Shown here: positions 1 to 11,967 of the stretch, one piece after another
Numbering within the stretch: position 1 is the stretch's first letter
Layout of the letters: each line of letters opens with the position of its first letter
Assembly: GCA_000165425.1 (NCBI GenBank)
Contig: CT868540.1
Span: forward strand, 620,001-684,000
Direction: 5' to 3'
DNA: 64,000 nucleotides
Source of the DNA: Paramecium tetraurelia
Lineage: Eukaryota
Made by a program: the position numbers and the translations under genes
Notes under the pieces: generated by a model
Databases searched by the model: none
What the model saw: the letters and a program-made list of their open reading frames with translations, nothing else
Told to the model about the DNA's origin: nothing

Positions 1-434
1 TCATCATCTTCATCATCTTCATCTTCTTCATCCTCATCTTCAATTTCGTCCTCATCCTCATCATCATCATCACTACCATCCTCCTCTTATTATTTAGGCA
101 CTTTTTATTGTTATTATTTTTGTTGAGTTAACTTTTTCATTTTTTATTAATTATCATCACCATCATCATCGTTATCTGGAATTTAGTCTCTTTGTTATAA
201 ATAAGCCTATATATCTATACTGGAATGAGAAGAAGTTTAGATACCTAAATACTTATGGAATAAATTACCATCATCTTCAATTTCTTCATCTCCCTCTTAT
301 TCTGAGTCAATTTGAAATTCATCATCATTCTAATCATTACTTTTCTTTTGCTCTTCATTTTTCTTAACCTTTTTCACTATTTATTCCTCTTCTGAATCTT
401 GCTCAAATTGATTTTTATCTTTTTTAGCGCTCAT
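1..434 (-). CDS. Partial gene (5' part) encoding a very acidic D/E-rich N-terminus; product unknown, runs off the window edge
   Basis: ATG at 434, MSAKKDKNQFEQDSEEEQ..., open in code 6 to position 1 and ending in a GAT/GAA-rich D/E tract. Confidence 0.75.
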
Positions 435-503
435 ATTAATTTTAATAATTTTTTATAATTTGATTGGTTATATTTTATTATTCATGCGTGATTCATTGAA
501 TTC

Positions 504-884
504 TCATTTGCTTTCCAGCATTAATTTTATTTCTTGATCATCTGTAACATCCCCAGGAGTAAGATTCCTCTAATAAATCAAACAAATTTACATACCGAAT
601 TTTTGCAATGAATTGAAGCTCCTTTTGATAGTAAAAATTATACTAATTTTTTGTCTCTTTTAAAAGCTGCATAGTGGAGAAGTGTATCATCCATCTAATT
701 AAAAGATCCAATATTTCATACTTGATTTATTCTTTTATCAATTGTGAATGTTTAATCAGATAATTTCTATTCTATTAATTTAGTCAATTTTTCATAATTC
801 TGCATGTGTAATTAAACAACCAAATTATTTGAAGGCAGATTCTAATATTATAACCCATTATTTTACAGATTATTCTTATCCCAT
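504..884 (-). CDS. Small (100 aa) ankyrin-repeat protein with an N-myristoylation motif
   Basis: Three GTA..TAG introns (842-866, 695-721, 570-595). Spliced: MGQEQSNLPSNN...QMDDTLLHYAAFKRDKKLVQFLLSKGASIHCKNSRNLTPGDVTDDQEIKLMLESK*; spliced length 303 nt. Confidence 0.85.
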
Positions 885-1569
885 TTTGGTATATTAAATT
901 ATTTAATTCCAAAAACACAATATTAAAGATAGAAAAAACATTCCTCCTGCACACTATTCTCAATTTTATTTAGTTGATTTGATTATCGCTTAATTCCTCT
1001 ATCTAATGATGATGTTAATTGAAATATAATGTGGTTTCTAAATTTTAGGTTACAAGAATTAATTCTTAACAAATTGCAATAAAAAGAATATCATTAGGAC
1101 ATATAGGAGACTATCAAAATTGTATGAATGAGGAAAAGATATTAAAAGTTATGGATGTTTGATATTTATTACTGGAAGGCACATACCAACTTCATACTAA
1201 TAGTATTTCGATGATAAAAGGTGCAATTTGTTGAATATATTATATGAGGTTTATTGCTTTTCAACAGAAACTCCATTATTAAGCTGCATAAAATGCGAAA
1301 TCACAACTCTAAAAACTTAATATATTTATTAAACTACCTAACTAGTAAATGAATAATGACTAATTTGTAATAAATAAATGAAAGAACTATCGAAAGATTT
1401 GTAGATTACATAAAAGTTAGGATCAGAAGAAATAATGAATGAAAATAGTCCACTTATGAGATTACTTAAATATTAGATTTATAGTTAGCCATCATAATTG
1501 TAAATGATTGAATAATAGACTTGATAATATATTAATACAATAAATAACAAAATGAATTTCATATTATAA

Positions 1570-3270
1570 TCAATTATATCTAGACAACCAATTACATCTG
1601 TCTTAATAAAAGCGCTCAATTAGTTTATTATTATATCTAGGAAATTCAAATAGATCCATATATTAATGAATAGTTTTAGGATTTGGAAATATACATGAAA
1701 AGTTTTTTCCTCTTCTTTTGACTTCCTCTACGGTGTGAATGAGCATATTAAAATCATTTTACGATAACTTGCTTAAGCAATTAGATGTATTGATATTTGG
1801 GATTTCCTTGATGTTCCTTTGATTGTATTTAGGAGGAGATGCAACTTTCTAGTTACTCTTATCCCAAAGAGGCACTCCAACTAGATGCAAGACATCCGAA
1901 ATTAAAAAAGTCTTAATCTTTTTATCTAGTGGTGAACTGGAATTAAGAGATGGTGAGACATTAACTTCTAATACCCATGGTTTGAGATTTTCATCAATGA
2001 GTACATCGAATCCATATAATTCAAAATAACCATTTCTGTGTTCTTGAGATTTGGCATTACTATCCAACATAAATGGTTCTGTTGCAATACATGTTTTTAG
2101 TACGACATCTTTAATCCTATTGAACAGTTCCCTTGAATCAACTCCTAATTCCTCTAATTTTTTTCGATAGGCATGATGAGACCATTTTGATCCTTCATCG
2201 TCCTTTTAAGAGTTTTAATTCTTTACGAAATTAGGTGATAATTTATTCACAGCAAAGTTTGTCAAGTGAATATACCTCTTGGTTAGATCCTTTGAGTTTG
2301 TAGAATACTTCTGAGTTGCAAATCTTACGAGACCATCCTTATACATATACACTCTCAAAGGATCAAAACATGATATTAGGACATAGACTCGTAGATCATA
2401 TTTAAATCCATTAATTAAATGAGGATTATAAATGTAATCCATAATTAAAAAGTTTTTGTCTCTCTTAACCTTTGACTTTTTGCTAATCATTGTTATGCCT
2501 CTTCCTCTAGAATCTGCACAAGGCTTCTTAATCCATAAAGTATCCTTCTATGCAGATTCTTAAGCCATAATAAATCTATCATAATCATATTACAATAAAT
2601 AAGTGTTTGGAATAAAATTATATTCTTTAGGGTACTTTCTTTTGAATTTACTTAAATTTATCCACAATAGATCCTTTCTACCCATGTTCCAACACCCAGG
2701 AAAATGATTAATTTTCTGATATCTATTCATATTTCTCAAAGTTGTTTTGTTGCCAATTCCCCATTAAACATTCCATTCTTCATCTTCGTCATCTTCATCT
2801 ATTCTTTTAAAACCTGCCCAATCAAACGATGTTAATACACATTTATATGGAGCAGACCCCAATACCTTGCAAGTTAATGAATATTTCTTGATTTCTTCTT
2901 CTGTCATAGGCCTTGCATTCACTAAAGGTCTTTTATCTTCGCAAACAGGAGGGTACTAAAAAAATATTGTTGGTTCAGTGTTCTTCAAAAATGGTAGTTA
3001 TATTATTGGCCATTTCTAAGGTATTTCCTCTTGAAATACAACTTTTGATTAACTATGTGATCTTCCCTATATAAGTTGTTGTTATTAAGGTTATTATAAT
3101 TATTATTGCTGAGTCTATCCATATTATTGACTTTAAGGAGTCTAAATTACATGACTCAAGAATAATCTTCTTCCCTATACTGGAGATTTCTATCTCTGAT
3201 TTGAATTTCTTCTTTAAATGGCTGATTAAGAAAGCGAAGTGTCTCCTTTAAGTTATAATTTTTATCTCAT
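1570..3270 (-). CDS. Tubulin-tyrosine-ligase-like (TTLL4/5-type) tubulin glutamylase
   Basis: Intronless 567-codon frame with QKINHFPG, WIKKPCADSRGRGI, KYDLRVYVL, HLTNFAVNK, FELYGFDVLID and WVLEVNVSPSL motifs. Confidence 0.93.
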
Positions 3271-3289
3271 ATATAAAATTTATTAATAA

Positions 3290-6200
3290 TCAAATTTAAT
3301 AATTTTCTTTTCTAAATTACTGTTGTCCTGCTGTTTTATAATGAATTTACTAAAATTTTTTGGCAATTTTTGCTTTTTAAATTGCAATATGATGAGATAA
3401 AATCTAGCAATGTCTTTAATCATTATAACTATTATTTATTATATTGCTCCCATTATTAGAGTCGGCAATTTGTTTCATCTCTCTCCTCTATTTGATTAGA
3501 ACTGATACATCTTAAAATTCCATAGGCTCAGCTATTGGACCTAAAATAAAATAATGAATATTTACTGCAATCATGTAATTCTGCATGTTCAGTATGTTTT
3601 TAAGTCGGTGATTCTAATCCCATCTCTTATATAAAATTAACCTTTATCCTATCATTTATTTCTTGGACAGGGGATTGCATAGATGCTAAAATTGAAGCTG
3701 CTGAGCACTTTTTTGATATTCTTAATTTAGAATTTGTGCTACTGTTTAATCTTTTTTTTTCTGAATTTTTGGCTATCGGTGATAAATTAGACTTGTTTTT
3801 CAACATTCTTAATGTATCTGATCCTGTTTCTTCCATTATTGTTTTTAAGAGATTAGATATCTTTTCTTAGGCTGCTTATTCCTTGGTTGCTTGAGGAACA
3901 AAGTCTGGTTATGATTATTAGATCTATGATGAAGGGATAGGAAGAGATGTTAATGACTATTATTATGAATAAAACTAAGATGAGTATTGTGACTCAATAG
4001 GAGAATGGTAAGTATGCAAAGAAGATTTGAATTGTTGTAACTATTGCTATTATTATTGAGATTGATGTAGAGAATACTCCTTCATTTCATAAAATGATTT
4101 GATCTGTCTAATTTTTAATATTGAAGTAATTTTTCTAACTAATAATGTTACTCCTTAATTAAATAGACATTTCTATTATTTTTTCTTAATGAATTGAATT
4201 TCCTCATCTGAGTCTGAGTCGCTTTTGTTGATTTAAGTACTGTGATCACATTTTTCTTTTTAAAAATATTATGATTAACAATTAAAGTTAAAAATCCTTT
4301 TGTTTTAATCAGTTTATGATAACCATTACTCAAATGAGGATTAATTCATTTGATTTGATTAAGTGGATTATAATTAATTTAACTATTGATAATCTTATTT
4401 AATTTATTAGAATTAAATTTCGCAGGTTACATAAGAATCTGGTTTAAATTTTGTTTCCTCATTGTTACTAATCTAAGTTGGAATTCTTAAGTTTGCTGTG
4501 TCTTCAGAATATTACAGATTGCATTCTGTAATTCCTGTAGCATTTTCAATTATCCTAATATCAGGCTATCCTGCTTCAATCTCCTCTTCCACTCTGATAA
4601 AATTTGTATTAATCTAATTATTTTATTGAATCTACGTTGGTTCTGTTATAGGAACGGATAACTATGATCTATTACTAGTCAGAGCAAAATCCTATTAAAT
4701 AGTGATTGCTTCATTTTATTTCAATTAAACATCCTAAGTTTCATTCTATCTCTCAATGATTTGTTAAATTTCTAGCTAGAATCTATTTGTATCTACTGAA
4801 ATTTAGGTGCCAGTGCAGGGTTTACTTAATTCAATATTATCAAAATTTAAAGCTTGAATAATCTTTGGTATTTCAATAGTATTTAGCTTGTTCTCAAATC
4901 CTTCCCCTTATTTATTCTCTTATTCTTAATTGTTATATTTAAGTTTGAAGCCAAATTGGTTCTCGAGATTTTCCTTATTATTTAATGTACTTTTAAAATA
5001 TACTGGAGATACAATTTCAGGTTGATTCAGTTTCAATATTAATTTATCCTTATATTCTTCTTCCCCACTGTATTTAAATGAATTTCTCTCTTTGTTTTAA
5101 ATATATTATTCATTTGATCTAACTGAAAATCTTTCCTTGTTGAAATCTAAATTGGATAAGATTCCATCTTTGCCACCTATTTCATTCGAGGTTACTGAAA
5201 ATCTTTCATTTTCTGATAGTCTTTCTTTCTTGATTTCTTCAATATTTACTTGGAATTTGTCCTTATTTTCATCATTAACATTAGTTGAATACCTTGCTTT
5301 TTACAGAAATTCACTCCTTCTACTCATTCTTCCTGAATTTTTAGTTTTTTATAACGAATCTTCATTTAAATATTGCTATTACAACATTTATTAAAATGGC
5401 AATTAATATTCTGATGTTACTGATTATTCTACTTAATAATATGGATTTTAAGATTATTATGGAGAAGTTTATTATATTGTGTCTTAAACTTCATATTATT
5501 CTTCTAGCTTTCTTCTTGAATTATCACTACTATCTAAATTTTATTATTAATAATTTTAAGAATTATGTTAATCATTAAATTATTGATAGCTTTCTTATTG
5601 TTGTTTCTATCTTTAGGAATTTATTTGTACTAAATTATCCTCTTATAATGAAACTTAAATTCCAACATCCAATGTTGAACAACTCCGTATTGATCGAAGC
5701 TTGTTAATTCTATGATTTAATCTATTGCTTGTAGAATCTCTTCCAACACTGACTCTCTAATCCAAGAACTACTTAAATTCAACTGATTTATTTCTTAAAT
5801 TACCTGAACTTTAATCAACATCTGATTGATACTAGCTTTCATATTTAATATCCTTATTAGATTCATCAGCATTAGTTCCTAATTGTTAATCAATAAATTC
5901 TCTGATTTGATTTATTCTACTGAATATATTTTATTTGTGTGCACTATTTTCAATGATTTTCTATTCGGATTAACATTTTTGTATTTCTTACTTTTTGACA
6001 GACCTCTTTTTGAGTTCTTAAAATGATTCTCTGATTTATTCAGCAATTGGATCATATACTACTTATTTTTAATTACAATTTTCAACTTACTTTTAATATT
6101 TATTGATAATAGTAGATAAGGACAATTCATCTGTATGTTATTTTTTGGCAGAACTTTAATATTATTACTGTTATTATTGTTAGGTGATTTGGGACTAGAA

Positions 6201-6431
6201 ATGATAATAAATTGATTTGTTCTTTTCAGGAGTTCCTTGATGATAGAGTGAATCTACTAAGTTACGTATAATGCTTTTTCTTTCACTAGTTCTTGATCTT
6301 TATTATGATTATGAGTTATTTTGCCTTGGCTGAAAAGTTTGAAGTAGTTTTTCTTTTTCCTGTCTCCAATAGACTGATTTACTCTTGTATTGAGTTTTTA
6401 ATTGTTCTGATAGCATGTTGGACATTACCAT
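3290..6431 (-). CDS. Large low-complexity Q/S/N-rich hypothetical protein (~1040 aa)
   Basis: Code-6 frame from ATG 6431 to TGA 3290 with a 25-nt intron at 3541-3565; spliced length divisible by 3; no recognisable domain. Confidence 0.7.
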
Positions 6432-6468
6432 AAAAGAAATCATCCGTTAAATAATTTATTTATAATTT

Positions 6469-7256
6469 ATGTAATAATAAGAAATCAACCATGCACTAAA
6501 AAATCCATTTTAGCCAATTCTGAAGAAGGTCTTAAAGGTTGACGAGGAATTGGAGAGACTATCATCAGAGACATTCTATAACCCTTTCGATGTATTGTAT
6601 TTGGGAATGGAAGCTACAGATGAAGATATCAAGAAAATGTTCAACTCTTTCTCAAAATTATTACATCCAGACAAATGTCAAGATCCTAGGGCTAAAGACT
6701 GTTGGTAAATAGTTGATTAAGCATACAAAACATTGATGGAGTCTGAGAAGAGGAAGGTTTACATTAGAATTATGAGGGAAGCCAGGGAGAAAACTGAATT
6801 CGAAAGACTTAGAGAAAACAAGAGAAGAGAAAAAACTGGAGTTGCTCCTTTGCCGCGTAGAATTTTGAATTTAATTTTAAGCTGATACTTTTGAGAGTGA
6901 TTTTTAAAAATAATGCAAGAATCTATTTAGTGAAATAGAAGACAGAAAATAACACCTTATGAGATTAGAATCATCATAAAAGAGATACAAATTAGATGAG
7001 TATGAAAGAAGGAAAATGTTGGAATAGTATAAGGTTTTGACTGAGGAGGAGTGGGAAAAGACCAGAGATGATAGAGTTAATAAATGGAGAGAATTTAATA
7101 ACAAGAAAACTGCCATTGGTACCAAGTAATCTAATAAGGTAGTATTTTAATTTTATTCTATTCTAGGGGATCAGACCTCCTACTGAAAATATTGAGGCTA
7201 GACCATTTGAAGTGCCAACTAAAAAAGGGGATTTTAAAAATATTAAATTGGATTGA
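6469..7256 (+). CDS. DnaJ-domain protein, DNAJC8/Spf31-like
   Basis: YNPFDVLYL...SKLLHPDKC J-domain followed by a charged helix and EEWEKTRDDRVNKWREF; two introns, 245 codons. Confidence 0.88.
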
Positions 7257-7330
7257 TCATTGGTTTTGTAATTCATATGAGAAAATAAATTTAACAGAAG
7301 AAAAAAAAAATATAGAAATCATCCATTTCT

Positions 7331-7986
7331 TCATTAAAAAACAATATTGCTATTATTTTTAATTGCATTATTATGAGTACCCTAAACCTTTATCAATTTA
7401 CTTAATTTAGTTTAATAATAATTGCTTAGTTGACGAAATTCTCTGGGTTAGGGAGAGCTTTTTGTTGATTAACTATATTGTTGAATTGGTTGACGTGCAG
7501 ATTGCAGTTACAAAGGCATTCGACTTTAATTTTTGTTATTGTCTTTTATTTCCTTTTGTAGTTGAACTATTTAACTGGAATTTTCCTCCTCTTTTTTTAT
7601 CAACTATAGAAGCATTTATTGATTTTATTCTTATATTTGAGTTTGTTTTTTTAGTAATTCATGAATGAGTTTGGTTTTGGATTCCAATTCATTTTTTTGG
7701 TTAGAAATTTATTATTTAAATTGCAGTATTTCATTTTCTAAATCATGATTTTATGGAACTTTCTAATCATTAAATCTAATATCTTCTAAAATCGTCAATG
7801 ACTAAACCAATTCCAATGCATCAGAATCCCTAGACAATTTTAATAGATGTTGATAATCCTATCCCATATGAGAAATCACTAATCGCCAATACTTTTATAA
7901 TTCTTCTATCAATTCCTCATTCTTATTTAATAATTATTTACTTTATGATGACTGTCAGCTGTATCTGTATTATCATTTTCATACAT
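7331..7986 (-). CDS. Hypothetical protein; 3' end ambiguous (7331, or 7257 if a second 20-nt intron is spliced)
   Basis: ATG 7986; a 20-nt GTA..AAG intron restores the frame; open to TGA. Confidence 0.6.
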
Positions 7987-8149
7987 AATTTTTATTTATT
8001 AATTTTATGATAGTTAAATAAATACATCCTTGGTAAATTTCGATTATATTCTTTTCAACTTAATGCACCTCACTGTTTTAATTTTGTAATTCCTTTAGAT
8101 TTAATTTAGATAAACAATATTTTTATAAGATGATAATTTCAATTTTCCT

Positions 8150-9919
8150 TCACAAGTAATACTCATGATATGGTCTATCCTCCTTTCTTATGTCATCATA
8201 TATGTGTCTTCTGGGTTCATCAGTAACCTATACTAAATACTCTCCTCTTTTCTTCCTCTCCGACTTAAAGGCTGAAACAAACAAATCTGCATCCTTCTCC
8301 TCTTCAGGCCAATATTTGATTTATTCTAAATTGATATAATACTCATACTTTTCCTCCTTTGTAAATACTCCCTGCAGAACTGGTTGTAATATTTTTAAGT
8401 AAAGTGTAAATGAGAAACATATTTAGGGTGATACAGAACGTTCTCCTGTTGCAAAGCATGGATTATTGGATTTTCCATCAATATCATGTCTGCATAGTAC
8501 GTTCCCGTAAACATATTACCTTTAAAATAATGTAAGGCCTTCATCATTCGATAAATATTCGCATCCACATGATTATTATCAAGCTAATTGCTTATCTCAT
8601 TGTTTATTGTAGTCATATTCATCAAATAATTGAACTTGTTGTATTCTAATTTACTGAAGGATTCGAACCACCTCTCCAATTCGAATTCATCATTTGTTAC
8701 AGCTTACTTAGTCAATTAATGCCACGCTTATAATGAGCCTCCAAGGCGTTCATAAATTTAATCAATCTCCTCTCTAAATTAGTTTCTAAGCTTTACTATG
8801 TAAATATTCCTTCTATCTAACTTTTAATCTATTCTTTATTAATATCAGATATGTCAATGTGCAATACTGTACTTAATTCAATATTCATCATCTCCATCAT
8901 ATCCCTGTTAAAGAATTTGCTATTGCTAGATTCTATTACCAAAGGAAAGTGATTTCGAATGCCATACGGGTTATATGTTCTTAAAATTAAGTGATCAAAG
9001 AAGTCTATAGTTTCAGCGTCGTATTTATAATATTCCAACAATTTGTCTATGTTCAATAAAACTAGAGAAACCTCCTTCTTCTTATTGCTGCTCTTATCAA
9101 ATCCAGAAGCATAATTAAGGATGTCAAAGAGAAAGTCCGTTTACTGTTGAGCTACAGATTAGTACAATAAAGAATACCTGCAATTGTGGCATTAATTTTA
9201 ATAGGGTTATCAATTTTATCAATTTCTATCTATTGGATTAGATCCATCATTAAATTTAAACATCCAAAACACTCATCATCCTTGTAAATTAACTTTGCTA
9301 ATTAAAAAAAACTATTCTCAACATTTAATGAATTATAGGAATTCATTTATATTTATTTTGCATCCTCTTCCCAAAACTCCAGCTCTCCTGTATCCCAATC
9401 CAATTTGTTTAATTAGTTTCCTTAGCTTACATTTACTTTTAATTCCTATTTAACATTCTCAGTTAATTAATCTCTAATATATTAATTAAAATAAATGTCC
9501 AAGTATTAAGGCAAATATTTTCTCAATGCAATTTAAAGTATTTCTTAATTTGAGACCAATTTTTGCTCAGAAACATATTTTATTATCTCCATCCTCATCT
9601 GATCAAAAAATGATTGAAAATTTATATGCGAATTATCTATTACTATTGAATTTTTGCATGTATTCCTTAAAAACCAACTTTTACCGATTCCCTTAGCTCC
9701 AACAACAAACACAGTATTCTTTGAGTTCACCTATTATTTGAATATATTCTCTTCGTAAGATATAAAATGTTTCAATTTCTCAATTTCCAGAGACCTCTAA
9801 AAAAATGGCCATACGATTGGGCCTTCTAAAGTCCTTGGAATTAATTTTTTAGGTTATCCATAGAGTAATTTAAATACTGCATCATGAATTTTTTTGAAAT
9901 ACTAAGTATTTCCCAACAT
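8150..9919 (-). CDS. P-loop NTPase of STAND/archaeal-ATPase-like architecture
   Basis: FFQRSLEIEKL, Walker A VVGAKGIGKS, degenerate Walker B VSLVLLNID, VIESSNS, IYERLGG; three introns, 566 codons. Confidence 0.7.
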
Positions 9920-10441
9920 AATTAAATTTTAATATAAATTCTTAAAACTTTTATTATTTTTGTAATTACAGAATAATCAATTTAAGATTTTATCTTTGAA
10001 AAGAACTGACACTATTAAACTTAATATTAATTAAAATCTTACGATATATGAGTGTTAAAAGAAATAATAATAAAATTATTTAGAAAAGATTGAAACATCA
10101 TTTGATAGATCTGATTGGTTATATAATTACATTATCTGTTTAAGATACTTAGAAAAAGAGTGGTAAATTACAAGAATTTTAGTCATCTTTAATATAAAAT
10201 ATTAATTATTTTCTGAGGGAATTCTAGATAAAATATCACCAATTCAATATGAAAAATGAAACTTATACTTTCAATAGTGTTATTAAATGAGAAATTCTCA
10301 AAAAATGGCACTTTTTAATACATTTCTAACATTGTATAAGAAACAATTATTTTAGAATTTGAGAAAAGTGCATAGATTATATCAAAGCACAATATGAAAG
10401 GCTACTTAAAGTTGTTATTTATATTATTTTGTACACATTCA

Positions 10442-10926
10442 TCATTCATAAACCCATCCGTGGTCATTGGTATTCCAGTTTACCAATTCTTAAGGTTAGA
10501 ACCATAAACTGATTTCTCTGTTGGCTGAATCAACTGAGTCTGATCCGTGAATAACATTTCTTCCGACATCAATAGCAAAATCTCCTCTGATTGTGCCTGG
10601 TTTTGAAGCAAGTGGGTTGGTTTCACCTAACATGACTCTTCCTGTCTTGACAGCTACGTTATTTAATACAATTTTGTACCGTCCTTTCCTTCCCAAACCA
10701 TAGCAGCAACTGGGCCTGAACTGACATATTTTAAGAGACTTGGGAAGAAGGGTCTCTCCTTCAAATCAGCATAGTGCTAAGTCAAAAGACCTTAGTCTGG
10801 AGCAACGAATTTGAGGGCAACGAGTTTGAATCCTCTGTCTTCGAATCTTTGGATGATTTTTCCGACAAGTCTTCTTTAGACTCCGTCTGGTTTGACCATG
10901 ATGAAGGTTCTTTCTTGGTTGTTCAT
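10442..10926 (-). CDS. NDK: Nucleoside diphosphate kinase
   Basis: [14 protein letters not shown]...[22 protein letters not shown]...WVYE*; one 26-nt intron. Confidence 0.97.
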
Positions 10927-10976
10927 AAATTTATTTAAATTTAATTTATGTTCAGATTTATATCTTTTTTTATTAA

Positions 10977-11700
10977 TCAATATTATTGTTTTAAGAAATT
11001 TAATACTGCGTCATGACTTTTTAAGTAATCTTAATGCAGAACATCACAAGGTTCGCTACTTTCCAAATTTTGCAACTTAATCTTTTCTATAGCTTGGTTC
11101 AGTTCTTTAATCTATTGTTTGGCCAATTAAAGCTCTGTATACAATATTTGCTTTTCTTTGTTCAAAGCTTTCTGCTTTTGGTATTCATCTTAAACATAAA
11201 GTCTCTGATTTTCTAATTCCTTAATTTATGGTTTCAATTAATACTTAAATCATCGCTATGATAAGATCATTTTTTCCTTCATTTTAAAACGAAGTTTCTT
11301 TAAGTTCATCTATTTATGTTAACAGCTATTTTATTTTATTAGATTGGTTTTCCACCGTATTTGTTAATCGTTCATTGTCATCAATAAGGGAAGTAATTTG
11401 ATCGATTGGCAATTTTTTGTAAGCATCCAATTATTGCTCTAATTATTTATTCTTTTATTCCAAACTTGCTATCTTTGTTTTAAAATCTTATTATTCTAAT
11501 TGTTTTATTTTTATTTATAATGTTTCATTCTCTTTTTTTAACTAATTTACTTATTTTGTCAGTCTCAGGGTTTCTCGATCATTTGATTAACATTGTGCAA
11601 ATCCCGTTGGAGTTTCTGAACTTAACTACCTTGACATCTAAAACGGTGTTGGACACTTATTAGAATCACTTAAAACTCTAATCAGTTAGGATTTTTACAT
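10977..11700 (-). CDS. Coiled-coil hypothetical protein
   Basis: ATG 11700, one 25-nt intron, 233 codons, heptad-rich. Confidence 0.7.
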
Positions 11701-11967
11701 TATTGATAATTAAAATTTATAGATAGTTGTTATAAATAGTAATTTGATTATGAATAGGATTATTTATTAAATAAAAAGGTAAAGTGGAGTATTTAAAATC
11801 TATGTTAGTTTTGCATTGTTCATTTTGGCTTCAATCTCAATGAATTATAAGCCTTATTTTTTGTATTATAGGTGGAATCATAATTTTATAAGACTGTCTA
11901 ACCAAGAATTATCTCCAATTTAATTATTTTTAGGTAGTAAATAGATTAAATAACAATATTATTCAAA

